Source of the DNA: an uncultured Candidatus Saccharibacteria bacterium | GTDB taxonomy: Bacteria; Patescibacteriota; Minisyncoccia; Phycocordibacterales; UBA12079 | Assembly (NCBI GenBank): GCA_964608745.1 | Contig: CAZSPC010000001.1 | Coordinates: forward strand, 750-64,749 | Direction of reading: 5' to 3' | Length of the DNA: 64,000 bases | Part shown: one piece after another, positions 8,969 to 17,664 of the stretch | How positions within the stretch are numbered: the first letter of the stretch is position 1 | How the letters are laid out: each line of letters opens with the position of its first letter | Notes under the pieces: model-generated | What the model saw: the letters and a program-made list of their open reading frames with translations, nothing else | Told to the model about the DNA's origin: nothing | Databases searched by the model: none | Made by a program: the position numbers and the translations under genes

Positions 8969-9238
8969 ATGGAAAACACAAAAGATACAAAAGTAAATAC
9001 AGAAAAGAAGTCATCGGGAAAGATCCTGTCCGGTGTTGTTGTTTCTGACAAAATGCAGGATACGGTTGTTGTAAAAGTTCAAAGATTTGTAAAGCATCCA
9101 AAAATTGGAAAGTATGTCAAAATAGCAAAGAAATTTAAAGCACACGATGCAGGAAATACAGCTAAAATTGGAGATAAAGTAACAATAAAAGAGTGTAAAC
9201 CGGTATCGAAAGATAAAGCATTTATTTTGGAAAAATAA
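8969..9238 (+). CDS. rpsQ: 30S ribosomal protein S17
   Basis: S17 OB-fold sequence; operon position. Confidence 0.85.
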   Translation: MENTKDTKVNTEKKSSGKILSGVVVSDKMQDTVVVKVQRFVKHPKIGKYVKIAKKFKAHDAGNTAKIGDKVTIKECKPVSKDKAFILEK

Positions 9239-9242
9239 ATAG

Positions 9243-9355
9243 AAGCGTTTAGCGTTTAGGGTTGTAGGAATGAATTTTGCCTTCGGTAAAATTCATCAAA
9301 GAAAAATCTTTGATTTTTCTACCTATACCCTAAACGCTGAACGCTATACCCTAAG
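9243..9355 (+). repeat. family A structured repeat upstream of rplN
   Basis: same architecture as 7009-7116. Confidence 0.75.
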
Positions 9356-9359
9356 CAAT

Positions 9360-9731
9360 ATGATTCAACCACAATCAATAGTAAAAATAACAGATAACTC
9401 AGGTGGAAAAATCGGCCGTGTTTTCAAGGTTATCGGTGGTTCAAAAAAGAGATATGCTCGAATTGGGGATGTTGTTGTTTTGTCTGTGCAGTCGGCAGAA
9501 CCACGAAAACAGGTAAAGAAAAAAGATGTTCTAAGAGCGGTAGTTGTCCGACAAAAACAACCTTTGAGAAGAAAGGATGGGTCATATATTTATTTTGATG
9601 AAAATTCAGTAGTGATTATTGATAAAGAAAAGAAAGAACCAAGGGCAAATAGGGTTTTTGGACCAATTCCGAGGGAGATTTCGGAAATGGGGTATCAGAA
9701 GATTGCATCGTTGGCCCCAGAAATAGTGTAA
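9360..9731 (+). CDS. rplN: 50S ribosomal protein L14
   Basis: MIQPQSIVKITDNSGGK matches L14 N-terminus; upstream in-frame codons are repeat-derived. Confidence 0.9.
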   Translation: MIQPQSIVKITDNSGGKIGRVFKVIGGSKKRYARIGDVVVLSVQSAEPRKQVKKKDVLRAVVVRQKQPLRRKDGSYIYFDENSVVIIDKEKKEPRANRVFGPIPREISEMGYQKIASLAPEIV

Positions 9732-9733
9732 CA

Positions 9734-9833
9734 AGCGTTTAGCGTTATAGCATTTAGCGTTGTAGGGAAAATTTTGGCTTTAGCCAAAATTTAAAAAAAT
9801 CTATAACCCTAAACGCTAAACCCTACAACCCTA
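9734..9833 (+). repeat. family A structured repeat upstream of rplX (covarying hairpin aattttggctttagccaaaattt)
   Basis: arms agcgtttagcgttatagcatttagcgttgtag / ctataaccctaaacgctaaaccctacaaccctac. Confidence 0.7.
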
Positions 9834-9840
9834 CAAAAAT

Positions 9841-10149
9841 ATGAAAATCAAAAAAGAAGACAAAGTAATAGTAATTGCCGGAAAGGATAAAGGAAAAACT
9901 GGAAAAGTTTTGAAGGCTTTTCCTGCTGAAAACAAAGTTATTGTTGAAGGTGTGAATATTAAGAAAAAACACCAAAAAGCAACTAGAAGTGGTCAGAAAG
10001 GACAAATAATCGATAAGACTTATCCAATTGATGTTTCAAATGTTATGTTAGCCGATCAAAAGAGTGGAAAACCAACGAGAATAGGAAAGAAATTGGTAGG
10101 TGATAAATTTGTTCGTGTAGCAAAGAAAAGTGGAACAGTTATTAAATAG
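9841..10149 (+). CDS. rplX: 50S ribosomal protein L24
   Basis: KOW motif IVIAGKDKGKTGKV; operon position. Confidence 0.9.
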   Translation: MKIKKEDKVIVIAGKDKGKTGKVLKAFPAENKVIVEGVNIKKKHQKATRSGQKGQIIDKTYPIDVSNVMLADQKSGKPTRIGKKLVGDKFVRVAKKSGTVIK

Positions 10150-10245
10150 CTTATAGCTTCTAGCCGATAGCTTATAGTGAAAAATTTGCCTTTGGCAAAT
10201 TTTTCAAAAGAAAGCTATCAGCTATGGGCTATAATCTATAAGCTT
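10148..10245 (+). repeat. family A variant repeat (agcttatagc arms) upstream of rplE
   Basis: cttatagcttctagccgatagcttatag / gaaaaatttgcctttggcaaattttt / gctatcagctatgggctataatctataagct. Confidence 0.7.
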
Positions 10246-10280
10246 AGAAACTATAAAATCAAAAAATAAATAAAAATACT

Positions 10281-10814
10281 ATGGAAATGTTAGTAGACAA
10301 ACAAAAACAAATCTTTGACCTTTTGAAAGGGGATTTTAACTATACCAATGTTATGCAAACCCCAAGAATGGAAAAGATTGTTGTGTCAGTTGGTACAGGC
10401 TCAACGATTGATAAAAAGAAAAAAGCTCTTATTGAAGACAGACTCACAAAAATCACTGGACAAAAACCAGCTTCTAGAAAAGCAAAACAATCAATTGCTA
10501 ATTTTAAACTTAGAGAGGGAAGTGATGTGGGGTATCAAGTAACTCTAAGAGGTAAAAGAATGGAAGATTTTTTCAACAAACTTGTAAATGTTGCTCTTCC
10601 TAGAACAAAAGACTTTCGAGGTTTGGATAAAAAAGGAGTGGATGAAATGGGAAATTATACTCTTGGAATCAAAGATCATACAATTTTTACTGAAACATCT
10701 GACGAAGAGTTGAAAAACGTATTCGGGATGTCTGTAACTATTGTTACTTCTGCAACAAGTAAAGAAGAGGCCGGTGCATATCTAGAAGGTCTCGGCTGGC
10801 CATTCAAAAAATAA
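10281..10814 (+). CDS. rplE: 50S ribosomal protein L5
   Basis: L5 sequence; operon position. Confidence 0.9.
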   Translation: MEMLVDKQKQIFDLLKGDFNYTNVMQTPRMEKIVVSVGTGSTIDKKKKALIEDRLTKITGQKPASRKAKQSIANFKLREGSDVGYQVTLRGKRMEDFFNKLVNVALPRTKDFRGLDKKGVDEMGNYTLGIKDHTIFTETSDEELKNVFGMSVTIVTSATSKEEAGAYLEGLGWPFKK

Positions 10815-10825
10815 TTTAAAAAATT

Positions 10826-10860
10826 AAAAAATGGTGGGTGTCCGACACCCACCATTTTTT
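10826..10860 (+). repeat. REP-like palindrome (ggtgggtgtccgacacccacc) acting as rplE terminator
   Basis: Same 21-bp palindrome as inside/after RAYT-2 (28112, 28598) and at 54226. Confidence 0.7.
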
Positions 10861-10948
10861 AATTTTTATATTGACTTATATTGTGTTTTGAGTAGTATAA
10901 GTGATGGAAGTATAGTAAATTAAAATAAAAATAAAAAAGAGGGAGATT

Positions 10949-11482
10949 ATGCACGATTACTGGACATTGTTACTAACAGGCGGAACTGTTGCTATTGCAA
11001 TTCACATTATTCTAACCTTTTTCTTTATGGAACTCGCGTTAGATAAAAGAAAGAGAGAATACGATGGCACCCTAAGGGTTAAAAAAGGGAAGATATTAAG
11101 ATTTTTTTATAGTTTACCGTGTGTTATGTTGGATAAAAATCCAAAGAACATATGTCAATTATTTTGGGGGATTTTCTTTGGTTTGATTGCAGACTATATT
11201 CTGATCGTAACTATTTTTGTATTTACGATTTATGTTATTTTTCCTTTTGGACAACATTTATCTGAAAAGGCCACAATCGAGGGTAGTTATTGGCCAGTTT
11301 TGAAGCCTTTTGTGGGATTTGTTGGTTTTATCGGTGCCATTTTATTTTTTCTTGGTATTTTCTTTTTTTCCGTATATCTTCTTACTGATGTTATATCAAG
11401 TGATAAATTTATGCCCGGGACAAAAGAGTGGTTTAAAAACAAGAAGGAAGAACACTGTTCACTCATTAAATTAGTTGATTAA
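10949..11482 (+). CDS. hypothetical 4-TM membrane protein inserted between rplE and rpsN
   Basis: GAGGGAG SD; hydrophobic segments. Confidence 0.4.
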   Translation: MHDYWTLLLTGGTVAIAIHIILTFFFMELALDKRKREYDGTLRVKKGKILRFFYSLPCVMLDKNPKNICQLFWGIFFGLIADYILIVTIFVFTIYVIFPFGQHLSEKATIEGSYWPVLKPFVGFVGFIGAILFFLGIFFFSVYLLTDVISSDKFMPGTKEWFKNKKEEHCSLIKLVD

Positions 11483-11621
11483 TTTATTATACAAGGTTGT
11501 ATCGAATACAACCTTGTTTTTTGTTGGTATCGGTAGGGTATTGATACCCTATCGATACCTAACGTTAGGGTAACGTTGCCTAAAAATATAAAAGGGCAGG
11601 AATCTGATTCCTGCCCTCTGG

Positions 11622-12134
11622 TTATATATTTTCGATAGGGAGTTTAATAAAACCCTCCGTATTTTCAAATACCGAAACAGCACCTGCTACTGGTTTCTTA
11701 ACCAGTAAACCGTTGATTAAAATAGGAAAATCTACCGGTGTTGAGAGTATTTTTAGAACAGCAATGAAGTCTCTTCTCATCTGGGTGTTGTCTTCTTTTA
11801 AGATACTCTCCGTTATGTTGGGATGATCTATTAAGGCCATTCCTAATGTACCTTGATCGATTTCTAGTTTTTTCACATTAAACTTTACCGATTTAGCCGT
11901 TTTCCAAAAATATCTAATAAGTACATTTGGTATTCTTGTTAAGACAACAACTTTTTGGTTTGCAACATAATTTATTTGACCTGTATGAGTTTTAGTTGCA
12001 GTAAATCCATTATAAGGACTTATGCTAACATGTATTTTCTGGCAAAAGCTATAAAAATCTAACATGTCGGGATGGGCAAAAAAATTAAACATATAATCTG
12101 TGAATCCTTTGTTCCCATGAAGAATTAGTTCCAT
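11622..12134 (-). CDS. hypothetical cytoplasmic protein (170 aa) inserted between rplE and rpsN
   Basis: GGAG SD on minus strand; flanked by hairpins 11490-11620. Confidence 0.4.
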   Translation of the reverse strand: MELILHGNKGFTDYMFNFFAHPDMLDFYSFCQKIHVSISPYNGFTATKTHTGQINYVANQKVVVLTRIPNVLIRYFWKTAKSVKFNVKKLEIDQGTLGMALIDHPNITESILKEDNTQMRRDFIAVLKILSTPVDFPILINGLLVKKPVAGAVSVFENTEGFIKLPIENI

Positions 12135-12233
12135 TTTTTCTCCTTTGATAATTTTATTGTTTATGAAAACTCTTTTTCTGGCTTGGATACTATCAAAACC
12201 CTATATATTTTGCAAGGCATTTCAGAATTTTGT

Positions 12234-12262
12234 TTGACTTTTAAAACCGTCTTTGCTAAGAT
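12234..12262 (+). promoter_or_regulatory. candidate sigma70-type promoter restarting rpsN after the insert
   Basis: TTGACT-17-TAAGAT. Confidence 0.35.
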
Positions 12263-12384
12263 ACTGCAAGTTATATTGAGTGTGTGGGTTGGGGATATTG
12301 CCCAGCCGTACTTTTATAAAATAAATTTTATAAAAGATACAGCTGGACTATATTTTTCTAATTCGCTTCGCTCAAAAGAAAAAT

Positions 12385-12570
12385 ATGGCAAAAAAATCTG
12401 TAATAGCAAGAGCAAATAAAAAACCAAAATTCTCTACAAGAATCGTGAGAAGGTGCTTTAAATGTGGAAGAAAGCGCGGATATATGAGAGATTTTGATTT
12501 GTGTAGAATTTGTTTTAGAGAATATGCGAACGAGGGAAAGATTCCTGGAGTGACAAAAAGCTCTTGGTAA
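12385..12570 (+). CDS. rpsN: 30S ribosomal protein S14 type Z (zinc-binding, 61 aa)
   Basis: [20 protein letters not shown] zinc-ribbon; operon position. Confidence 0.85.
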   Translation: MAKKSVIARANKKPKFSTRIVRRCFKCGRKRGYMRDFDLCRICFREYANEGKIPGVTKSSW

Positions 12571-12584
12571 ACTATGAACACGAA

Positions 12585-12693
12585 GCTAATAGCTTATAGC
12601 CGATAGCTTATAGCCGATAGCTTATAGTGAATTTGCCAAAGGCAAATTTTTCAAAAGAAAGCTATCAGCTATGGGCTATAAGCTACAAGCTTG
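12585..12693 (+). repeat. family A variant repeat (agcttatagccgat tandem arms) upstream of rpsH
   Basis: arms tandemly repeated 14-mer; central hairpin gaatttgccaaaggcaaattt. Confidence 0.7.
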
Positions 12694-12766
12694 GTTGTGT
12701 TTGTAACAATCTGTGATAATTAACGAATATTTGGGCTGTAGCACAAGCTAGACGCCAAATAATAAT

Positions 12767-13156
12767 ATGGATAAAATTTCAAATTTAATAATAAGCATAA
12801 AGAACGCAGGTAATGTCAGAAAAGAGACAGCTTCTGTTCCTTATTCTCAATACAAAATGGAGATTACAAAACTCTTGAAAAAAGAGGGCTTTCTTGTGTC
12901 CGCTGAATCAAAAGGTAAAAAAGTAAAGAAAACTATTCAAATGGGAATTGCTTATAATGAAAACGGAAAGCCAAAAATTAATGATGTTAAAAGAATTTCC
13001 AAACCTTCAAAAAGGATTTATTATGGGGCAAAAGATATTCGACCAGTGAAAGGAGGATTTGGAACATTAATACTCTCAACCCCAAAAGGAATTATGACTG
13101 ATAAGATGGCTCGTAAAGAAAAGGTTGGAGGAGAAGCATTATTCAAAATCTGGTAG
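12767..13156 (+). CDS. rpsH: 30S ribosomal protein S8
   Basis: S8 sequence; operon position. Confidence 0.9.
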   Translation: MDKISNLIISIKNAGNVRKETASVPYSQYKMEITKLLKKEGFLVSAESKGKKVKKTIQMGIAYNENGKPKINDVKRISKPSKRIYYGAKDIRPVKGGFGTLILSTPKGIMTDKMARKEKVGGEALFKIW

Positions 13157-13165
13157 ATTTTGAAA

Positions 13166-13255
13166 AGCGTTTAGCGTTTAGCGTTGTAGGGAATAAATTT
13201 TAACTTTAGCCAAAATTTAAAAAAATCTATAACCCTAAGCGCTACAACCCTATAA
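13166..13255 (+). repeat. family A structured repeat upstream of rplF
   Basis: agcgtttagcgtttagcgttgtag ... ctataaccctaagcgctacaaccctat. Confidence 0.7.
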
Positions 13256-13267
13256 TCCTAATAAAAT

Positions 13268-13801
13268 ATGAGTAGAATAGCAAAACAACCAATAGAAATA
13301 CCCGAAAAGACAGAAGTTAATATTACTGATGGTGTTTTGATCGTGAAAGGACCCTTGGGAGAATTAAAAAGAGATTTGAGGTCTGAAATTGAAGTAAAAA
13401 TCGAGGATAATAAAGTGGTGGTAAGTGCAAAAGAAAAAACCAACTTTACTAAAGCAATGCTTGGAACAACAGCATCACACATCAGGAATATGATTGGGGG
13501 GGTAAATAAACCATATGAGAAAAAGTTGGTTGTGGAGGGGGTTGGTTTTAAGTCAGCTGTGCAAGGAAAGGATTTGAATATGAGTCTTGGATTTTCTCAC
13601 GATGTTATTATGTCAATTCCGGAAGATTTAACAGTGACAGCAGAAAAAAATGTTATAACAGTATCAGGGATTGATAAAGAGCAAGTAGGAAGATTTACGG
13701 CAGATATTAGAGCAAAGAAAAAACCAGAACCATATAAGGGCAAGGGCATTAGATATGAAGATGAAGTGATTCGTCGAAAACAAGGCAAAAAAACCGTTTA
13801 A
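13268..13801 (+). CDS. rplF: 50S ribosomal protein L6
   Basis: L6 sequence; operon position. Confidence 0.9.
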   Translation: MSRIAKQPIEIPEKTEVNITDGVLIVKGPLGELKRDLRSEIEVKIEDNKVVVSAKEKTNFTKAMLGTTASHIRNMIGGVNKPYEKKLVVEGVGFKSAVQGKDLNMSLGFSHDVIMSIPEDLTVTAEKNVITVSGIDKEQVGRFTADIRAKKKPEPYKGKGIRYEDEVIRRKQGKKTV

Positions 13802-13925
13802 ATTCCCAAAATTGGCACATTTCGCTTTTGTTTTGGCAAGAATTTCAGTCTCGCAGTATTAGTTTATACAGCTTCTTCAATTCTTGCCAAAACAAAAGCG
13901 AACTGCACTCAATTTTGAAAATTTA
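13802..13925 (+). repeat. family B long inverted repeat after rplF
   Basis: cccaaaattggcacatttcgcttttgttttggcaagaatt ... aattcttgccaaaacaaaagcgaactgcactcaattttg. Confidence 0.75.
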
Positions 13926-13945
13926 AATAATCTAAGAAATATTTA

Positions 13946-14305
13946 TTGAGTAAAATGAGCAAAAAAAATTCAAAAACAGAAAAAAGGACTCGAAGACATA
14001 ATAGAATTCGAGCCAAGGTAAAAGGAACAGCATCTGTGCCTAGGTTGAATGTGTTTAAGTCAAACACAGGTGTTTACGCACAGATTATTGATGATGAAAA
14101 GGGTGTGACCTTGGTTTCAAGTTCAACTAAAACAATGAAAGGAAAAACAACGACTGAAAAAGCACAACAGGTAGGTAGTGATTTAGCCAAAAAAGCAACT
14201 GCAAAGAAAGTAAAAAAAGTTGTTTTTGACCGAGGGGGGTATATTTTCACAGGAAAAATAAAAGCTTTGGCTGATTCAGCTCGAGAAGGTGGTTTGCAGT
14301 TTTAA
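13946..14305 (+). CDS. rplR: 50S ribosomal protein L18
   Basis: L18 sequence; operon position. Confidence 0.9.
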   Translation: MSKMSKKNSKTEKRTRRHNRIRAKVKGTASVPRLNVFKSNTGVYAQIIDDEKGVTLVSSSTKTMKGKTTTEKAQQVGSDLAKKATAKKVKKVVFDRGGYIFTGKIKALADSAREGGLQF

Positions 14306-14335
14306 ATATTCAAATCTTTAAATTTTTAAATAAAA

Positions 14336-14983
14336 ATGACAGAAGAAAAAAAGGAAAAAAATAATATTGAAAAAACAGATTCTAATCCTGCAACCCAGGA
14401 TGGACAAAAAAAGAAAGTAGAAAAAACTCCTACGGATGTTAAGACTGTCTCAAAAGCAATAGCAGACAAAAAACCAGTCAGCAAAGAACGGCCAAAAAGA
14501 ACTTTTAAGAAAAATGTCCGACCAAGAAGAAGGGCTGGTTTCAAAAGACCAAAGCCAGAATTTGATCAAAAAATTATCGATATTCGAAGGGTTACTCGTG
14601 TTGTAAAAGGAGGGCGCAGATTTAGTTTTTCTGTTGTTATGATTCTTGGAAATAAAAAGGGAAAAGTAGGTGTTGGTGTTGGAAAAGCATCAGATACAGC
14701 ATTGGCAATCGAAAAAGCAATCAGAAATGCCAAGAAGAACATGATTCAATTGAAACTTACCGAGAACAACTCAATCCCTTACGAAGTCGATGCAAAATAT
14801 TGTGCTTCTAGGGTGGCAATTCGACCGGCCAAAGGACGGGGTGTTGTTGCGGGAAGTTCGCTCAGAACAGTTTTAGAATTAGCAGGGGTAACGGAAGTTG
14901 GTGGAAAAGTAATTTCACGAAGTAAAAACAAATTAAATAATGCAAGGGCAACTATCAAAGCCTTGCAGGCTTTTAAGGGGTAA
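14336..14983 (+). CDS. rpsE: 30S ribosomal protein S5 with ~70-aa basic N-terminal extension
   Basis: Conserved RVTRVVKGGRRF and S5 C-terminal domain. Confidence 0.9.
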   Translation: MTEEKKEKNNIEKTDSNPATQDGQKKKVEKTPTDVKTVSKAIADKKPVSKERPKRTFKKNVRPRRRAGFKRPKPEFDQKIIDIRRVTRVVKGGRRFSFSVVMILGNKKGKVGVGVGKASDTALAIEKAIRNAKKNMIQLKLTENNSIPYEVDAKYCASRVAIRPAKGRGVVAGSSLRTVLELAGVTEVGGKVISRSKNKLNNARATIKALQAFKG

Positions 14984-14987
14984 GGTT

Positions 14988-15039
14988 TAAGTAGTAAGTA
15001 ATAAGAAATGAATTTTTGCCTTTGGCAAAAATTCATTCA
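14988..15039 (+). repeat. truncated family A element (taagtagtaagtaataag arm + gaaatgaatttttgcctttggcaaaaattcattc hairpin)
   Basis: arm type matches copies at 55891 and 43200; right arm replaced by family E motif. Confidence 0.55.
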
Positions 15040-15075
15040 AAATTTACTAAAAACTATAAACTAAAAACTGACGAT

Positions 15076-15495
15076 ATGCAATTACATAACCTAAAAAAGA
15101 ATAAAACTAACAAAACCAGTATTAAGGTTGGACGAGGAGGAAAGAGGGGAAAAACTTCTGGAAAAGGACACAAGGGGCAAAAAGCTCGGGCTGGTAACAG
15201 CGGAAGACCTGAAATCAGGGATATTATTAAAAAGTTACCTAAACTTAGAGGTTATAAGTTTAATTCAATTAAAGCGTCAGCTGTTCCTGTGAATCTGTCT
15301 GAAATCGATAAAGCTTTTAAAGACGGAGAAAAAGTAAATCCTCGAACCTTGATTGCCAAAGGTGTGGTTAACCGACAAAGTGGAAAAATTCCAACTATTA
15401 AAATTTTAGGAACAGGAGAAATTACAAAAAAAGTTACTGTATCAGGATGTAAAATTTCAAAGAGCGCAGTAGAAAAAATAAGTAAAATCAAATAA
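15076..15495 (+). CDS. rplO: 50S ribosomal protein L15 (L30 gene absent upstream)
   Basis: KVGRGGKRGKTSGKGHKGQKARAG matches L15 N-terminus; upstream in-frame ATG at 15016 lies in a repeat. Confidence 0.85.
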   Translation: MQLHNLKKNKTNKTSIKVGRGGKRGKTSGKGHKGQKARAGNSGRPEIRDIIKKLPKLRGYKFNSIKASAVPVNLSEIDKAFKDGEKVNPRTLIAKGVVNRQSGKIPTIKILGTGEITKKVTVSGCKISKSAVEKISKIK

Positions 15496-15642
15496 GATAT
15501 AATCTATTTGATTTTAAATTTTAAGTTATAAATTTTAAATTTTAATTCAATTTTTAATGATTAAATTTTTTAAACATTTTAAATTTATAAATTGTATTAT
15601 TGAATTATAATTTTAAATTTATAATTTAAAATTGTTATAAAT
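15496..15642 (+). repeat. family D AT-rich inverted repeat upstream of secY
   Basis: ataaattttaaattttaattcaat ... attgaattataattttaaatttataa. Confidence 0.5.
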
Positions 15643-16911
15643 ATGAACTTCACAAACAAACTAAAACTAATAGCTAAAGATAAAAATCTAAGAACCAAAA
15701 TTGCTTTTCTGCTTGGTTTTTTGGTTTTGTTTAGAGTTTTGGCTTCGATTCCAATTCCGGGTGTTGATGTTGCTAAACTTCAAGAATTTTTCGCAAACAA
15801 CCAATTTTTCGGCCTTCTAAACATCTTTTCGGGGGGTGGCTTATCATCGCTTTCTATCATTATGCTTGGTGTTGGACCATATATTACCGCCTCAATTATA
15901 ATGCAGTTGATGACTATGATGTCTGAAAAGTTAAAGCAAATGTATCACGAAGAAGGAGAGGCTGGAAAGAAAAAATTTAGTCAGTATTCGAGACTATTAA
16001 CTGTTCCGCTTGGTGCCATTCAGGGTTATGCTTTTCTTAATTTACTTCAAAGCCAAAATGTAATCGGTGCATTACCGATGTTTGAAATGATTACTAATGT
16101 TGTGGTAATTGTTGCTGGTTCGATGCTCCTTGTTTGGATTGGAGAATTAATGACAGAGTTTGCAATTGGAAATGGTGTTTCGATTATTATTTTTGCTGGT
16201 ATCGTAGCCAGTCTTCCAACCACAATTAGCCAATTAATTTTTGCGTTTGATATCTCACAACTACCAGTTTATATCGGATTTATTGCTATTGCTATTGTGA
16301 TTATTGCCGGAGTTGTTGTTATTACAGAAGCAGAGAGACCTATTCCAATAAATTATTCAAAAAGAGTCAGGGGAAACAAAGTTTATGGTGGAGTTTCAAC
16401 ATATTTACCATTAAGAGTAAATCAGGCTGGGGTTATTCCAATTATCTTTGCGTTGTCTATTCTATTATTTCCCCAAATGATATTTACATTTTTAGTCAAT
16501 TTTGATAGTGCAGTGATCAGTTCTGTTTCAGATGTTGTGTTGGGTATTTTGGCCAATTCTTGGGTTTATGCGGTTATGTACTTTGTACTTGTATTCTTGT
16601 TTACTTATTTCTATACCGCAGTTACATTCGATCCAGAAGCTATTTCAACAAATCTCCAAAGAGGCGGAGCTTTCATTCCAGGGATTCGACCAGGAAGTCA
16701 CACATCAGAATATATCGCTAAGGTTTTGACTAGAATTACTTTGGTCGGAGCGCTTTTCCTCGGGTTTATTGCGGTACTTCCGCTTATTATGCAAGCTCTT
16801 ACAGGAATTACTTCGTTAGCAATCGGAGGTACCGCTTTGCTTATTGTGGTATCAGTAGTTATTGATCTCATCAAAAAAATCGATGCCCAAGTATCAATCA
16901 GGGAATACTAA
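15643..16911 (+). CDS. secY: preprotein translocase subunit SecY
   Basis: 10-TM protein with SecY signatures (GIQPYITASIIMQL, plug and hinge regions); follows rplO. Confidence 0.9.
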   Translation: MNFTNKLKLIAKDKNLRTKIAFLLGFLVLFRVLASIPIPGVDVAKLQEFFANNQFFGLLNIFSGGGLSSLSIIMLGVGPYITASIIMQLMTMMSEKLKQMYHEEGEAGKKKFSQYSRLLTVPLGAIQGYAFLNLLQSQNVIGALPMFEMITNVVVIVAGSMLLVWIGELMTEFAIGNGVSIIIFAGIVASLPTTISQLIFAFDISQLPVYIGFIAIAIVIIAGVVVITEAERPIPINYSKRVRGNKVYGGVSTYLPLRVNQAGVIPIIFALSILLFPQMIFTFLVNFDSAVISSVSDVVLGILANSWVYAVMYFVLVFLFTYFYTAVTFDPEAISTNLQRGGAFIPGIRPGSHTSEYIAKVLTRITLVGALFLGFIAVLPLIMQALTGITSLAIGGTALLIVVSVVIDLIKKIDAQVSIREY

Positions 16912-16980
16912 AATATAAACAAAATATATTTTTCCAAAAAGGTGGGGGTCGGACCCCCACCTTTTTGGTATAATGAAACT

Positions 16981-17664
16981 ATGTCAAGAAAAAAAGTAAA
17001 ATTTAGTGTCGGATGTTTCTACCATGTTTATAACAGAGGTGTTGATAAAAGAGAGATTTTTTCTGATAAACAAGACACACTTAGGTTTATAGAGAGCCTA
17101 GATGTGTTTAATACAATAGAGCCCATTGGTAGTATTTTTGCAGAAAAGAAAAGGGGTAGGGGTCGGACCCCTACCCCACCTACCCCAAAAAAACAAAAAG
17201 GAAAGCTAGTTAATATTATCGCTTATTGTCTCAACCTAAATCACTACCATTTTGTTTTAGAAGAAATTGTTGAGGGTGGTATAAGCGAGTTTATGAAAAG
17301 GTTAGGGGGTGGTTATACGGGATATTACAACATTAAATATAAGAGAAATGGAGTTTTATTTCAGGGAAAATTTAAGACGGTGCATATAAAAAAAGACGGT
17401 CAGTTGGAATATACGGTTGACTATGTCAATTTAAACAATTTGGTTCATAAAAAATTTGACGGTACCAAAAAACATTTTTTAGACGACATTCCAGCTAGAT
17501 CTAGTTGGAATGAATATATCAATGAAAATATAAAGGGTATTTGTGGCAAAGACATTATTCTTGATGTTTACAAAAAAGCGTATAGAAGTAGAAATACATA
17601 TGAATCTAGTGCCAAAGAAACATTAAAAATGGTAAGAGAGATGAGATACGGGGATGAAAAATAA
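16981..17664 (+). CDS. REP-associated tyrosine transposase (RAYT, IS200/Y1-transposase-like) copy 1
   Basis: YHVYNRG, HUH motif NHYHFVLEE, G-YTGYYN, LFQGKFK, YVNLNNL (RAYT YIHLNPV-like); flanked by palindromes at 16941-16962 and 17665-17690. Confidence 0.75.
   Translation: MSRKKVKFSVGCFYHVYNRGVDKREIFSDKQDTLRFIESLDVFNTIEPIGSIFAEKKRGRGRTPTPPTPKKQKGKLVNIIAYCLNLNHYHFVLEEIVEGGISEFMKRLGGGYTGYYNIKYKRNGVLFQGKFKTVHIKKDGQLEYTVDYVNLNNLVHKKFDGTKKHFLDDIPARSSWNEYINENIKGICGKDIILDVYKKAYRSRNTYESSAKETLKMVREMRYGDEK
17152..17176 (+). repeat. REP-like palindrome (ggtaggggtcggacccctacc) embedded in-frame inside RAYT-1
   Basis: encodes linker RGRGRTPTPPTP; same palindrome repeated at 16941 and 17668. Confidence 0.7.

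Noticed and set aside
12183-12581. ORFs 12183-12419 (+) and 12372-12581 (-) around rpsN
   Set aside because: They overlap the promoter or leader and the antisense of the conserved zinc-ribbon S14 gene.
15016-15075. Upstream ATG extending rplO by 20 codons
   Set aside because: It lies inside a family A/E repeat. The L15 alignment begins at the ATG at 15076.
16942-16980. GTG start extending RAYT-1 by 13 codons (MGVGPPPFWYNET)
   Set aside because: It is encoded by the REP palindrome itself. The ATG at 16981 aligns with the RAYT-2 N-terminus.
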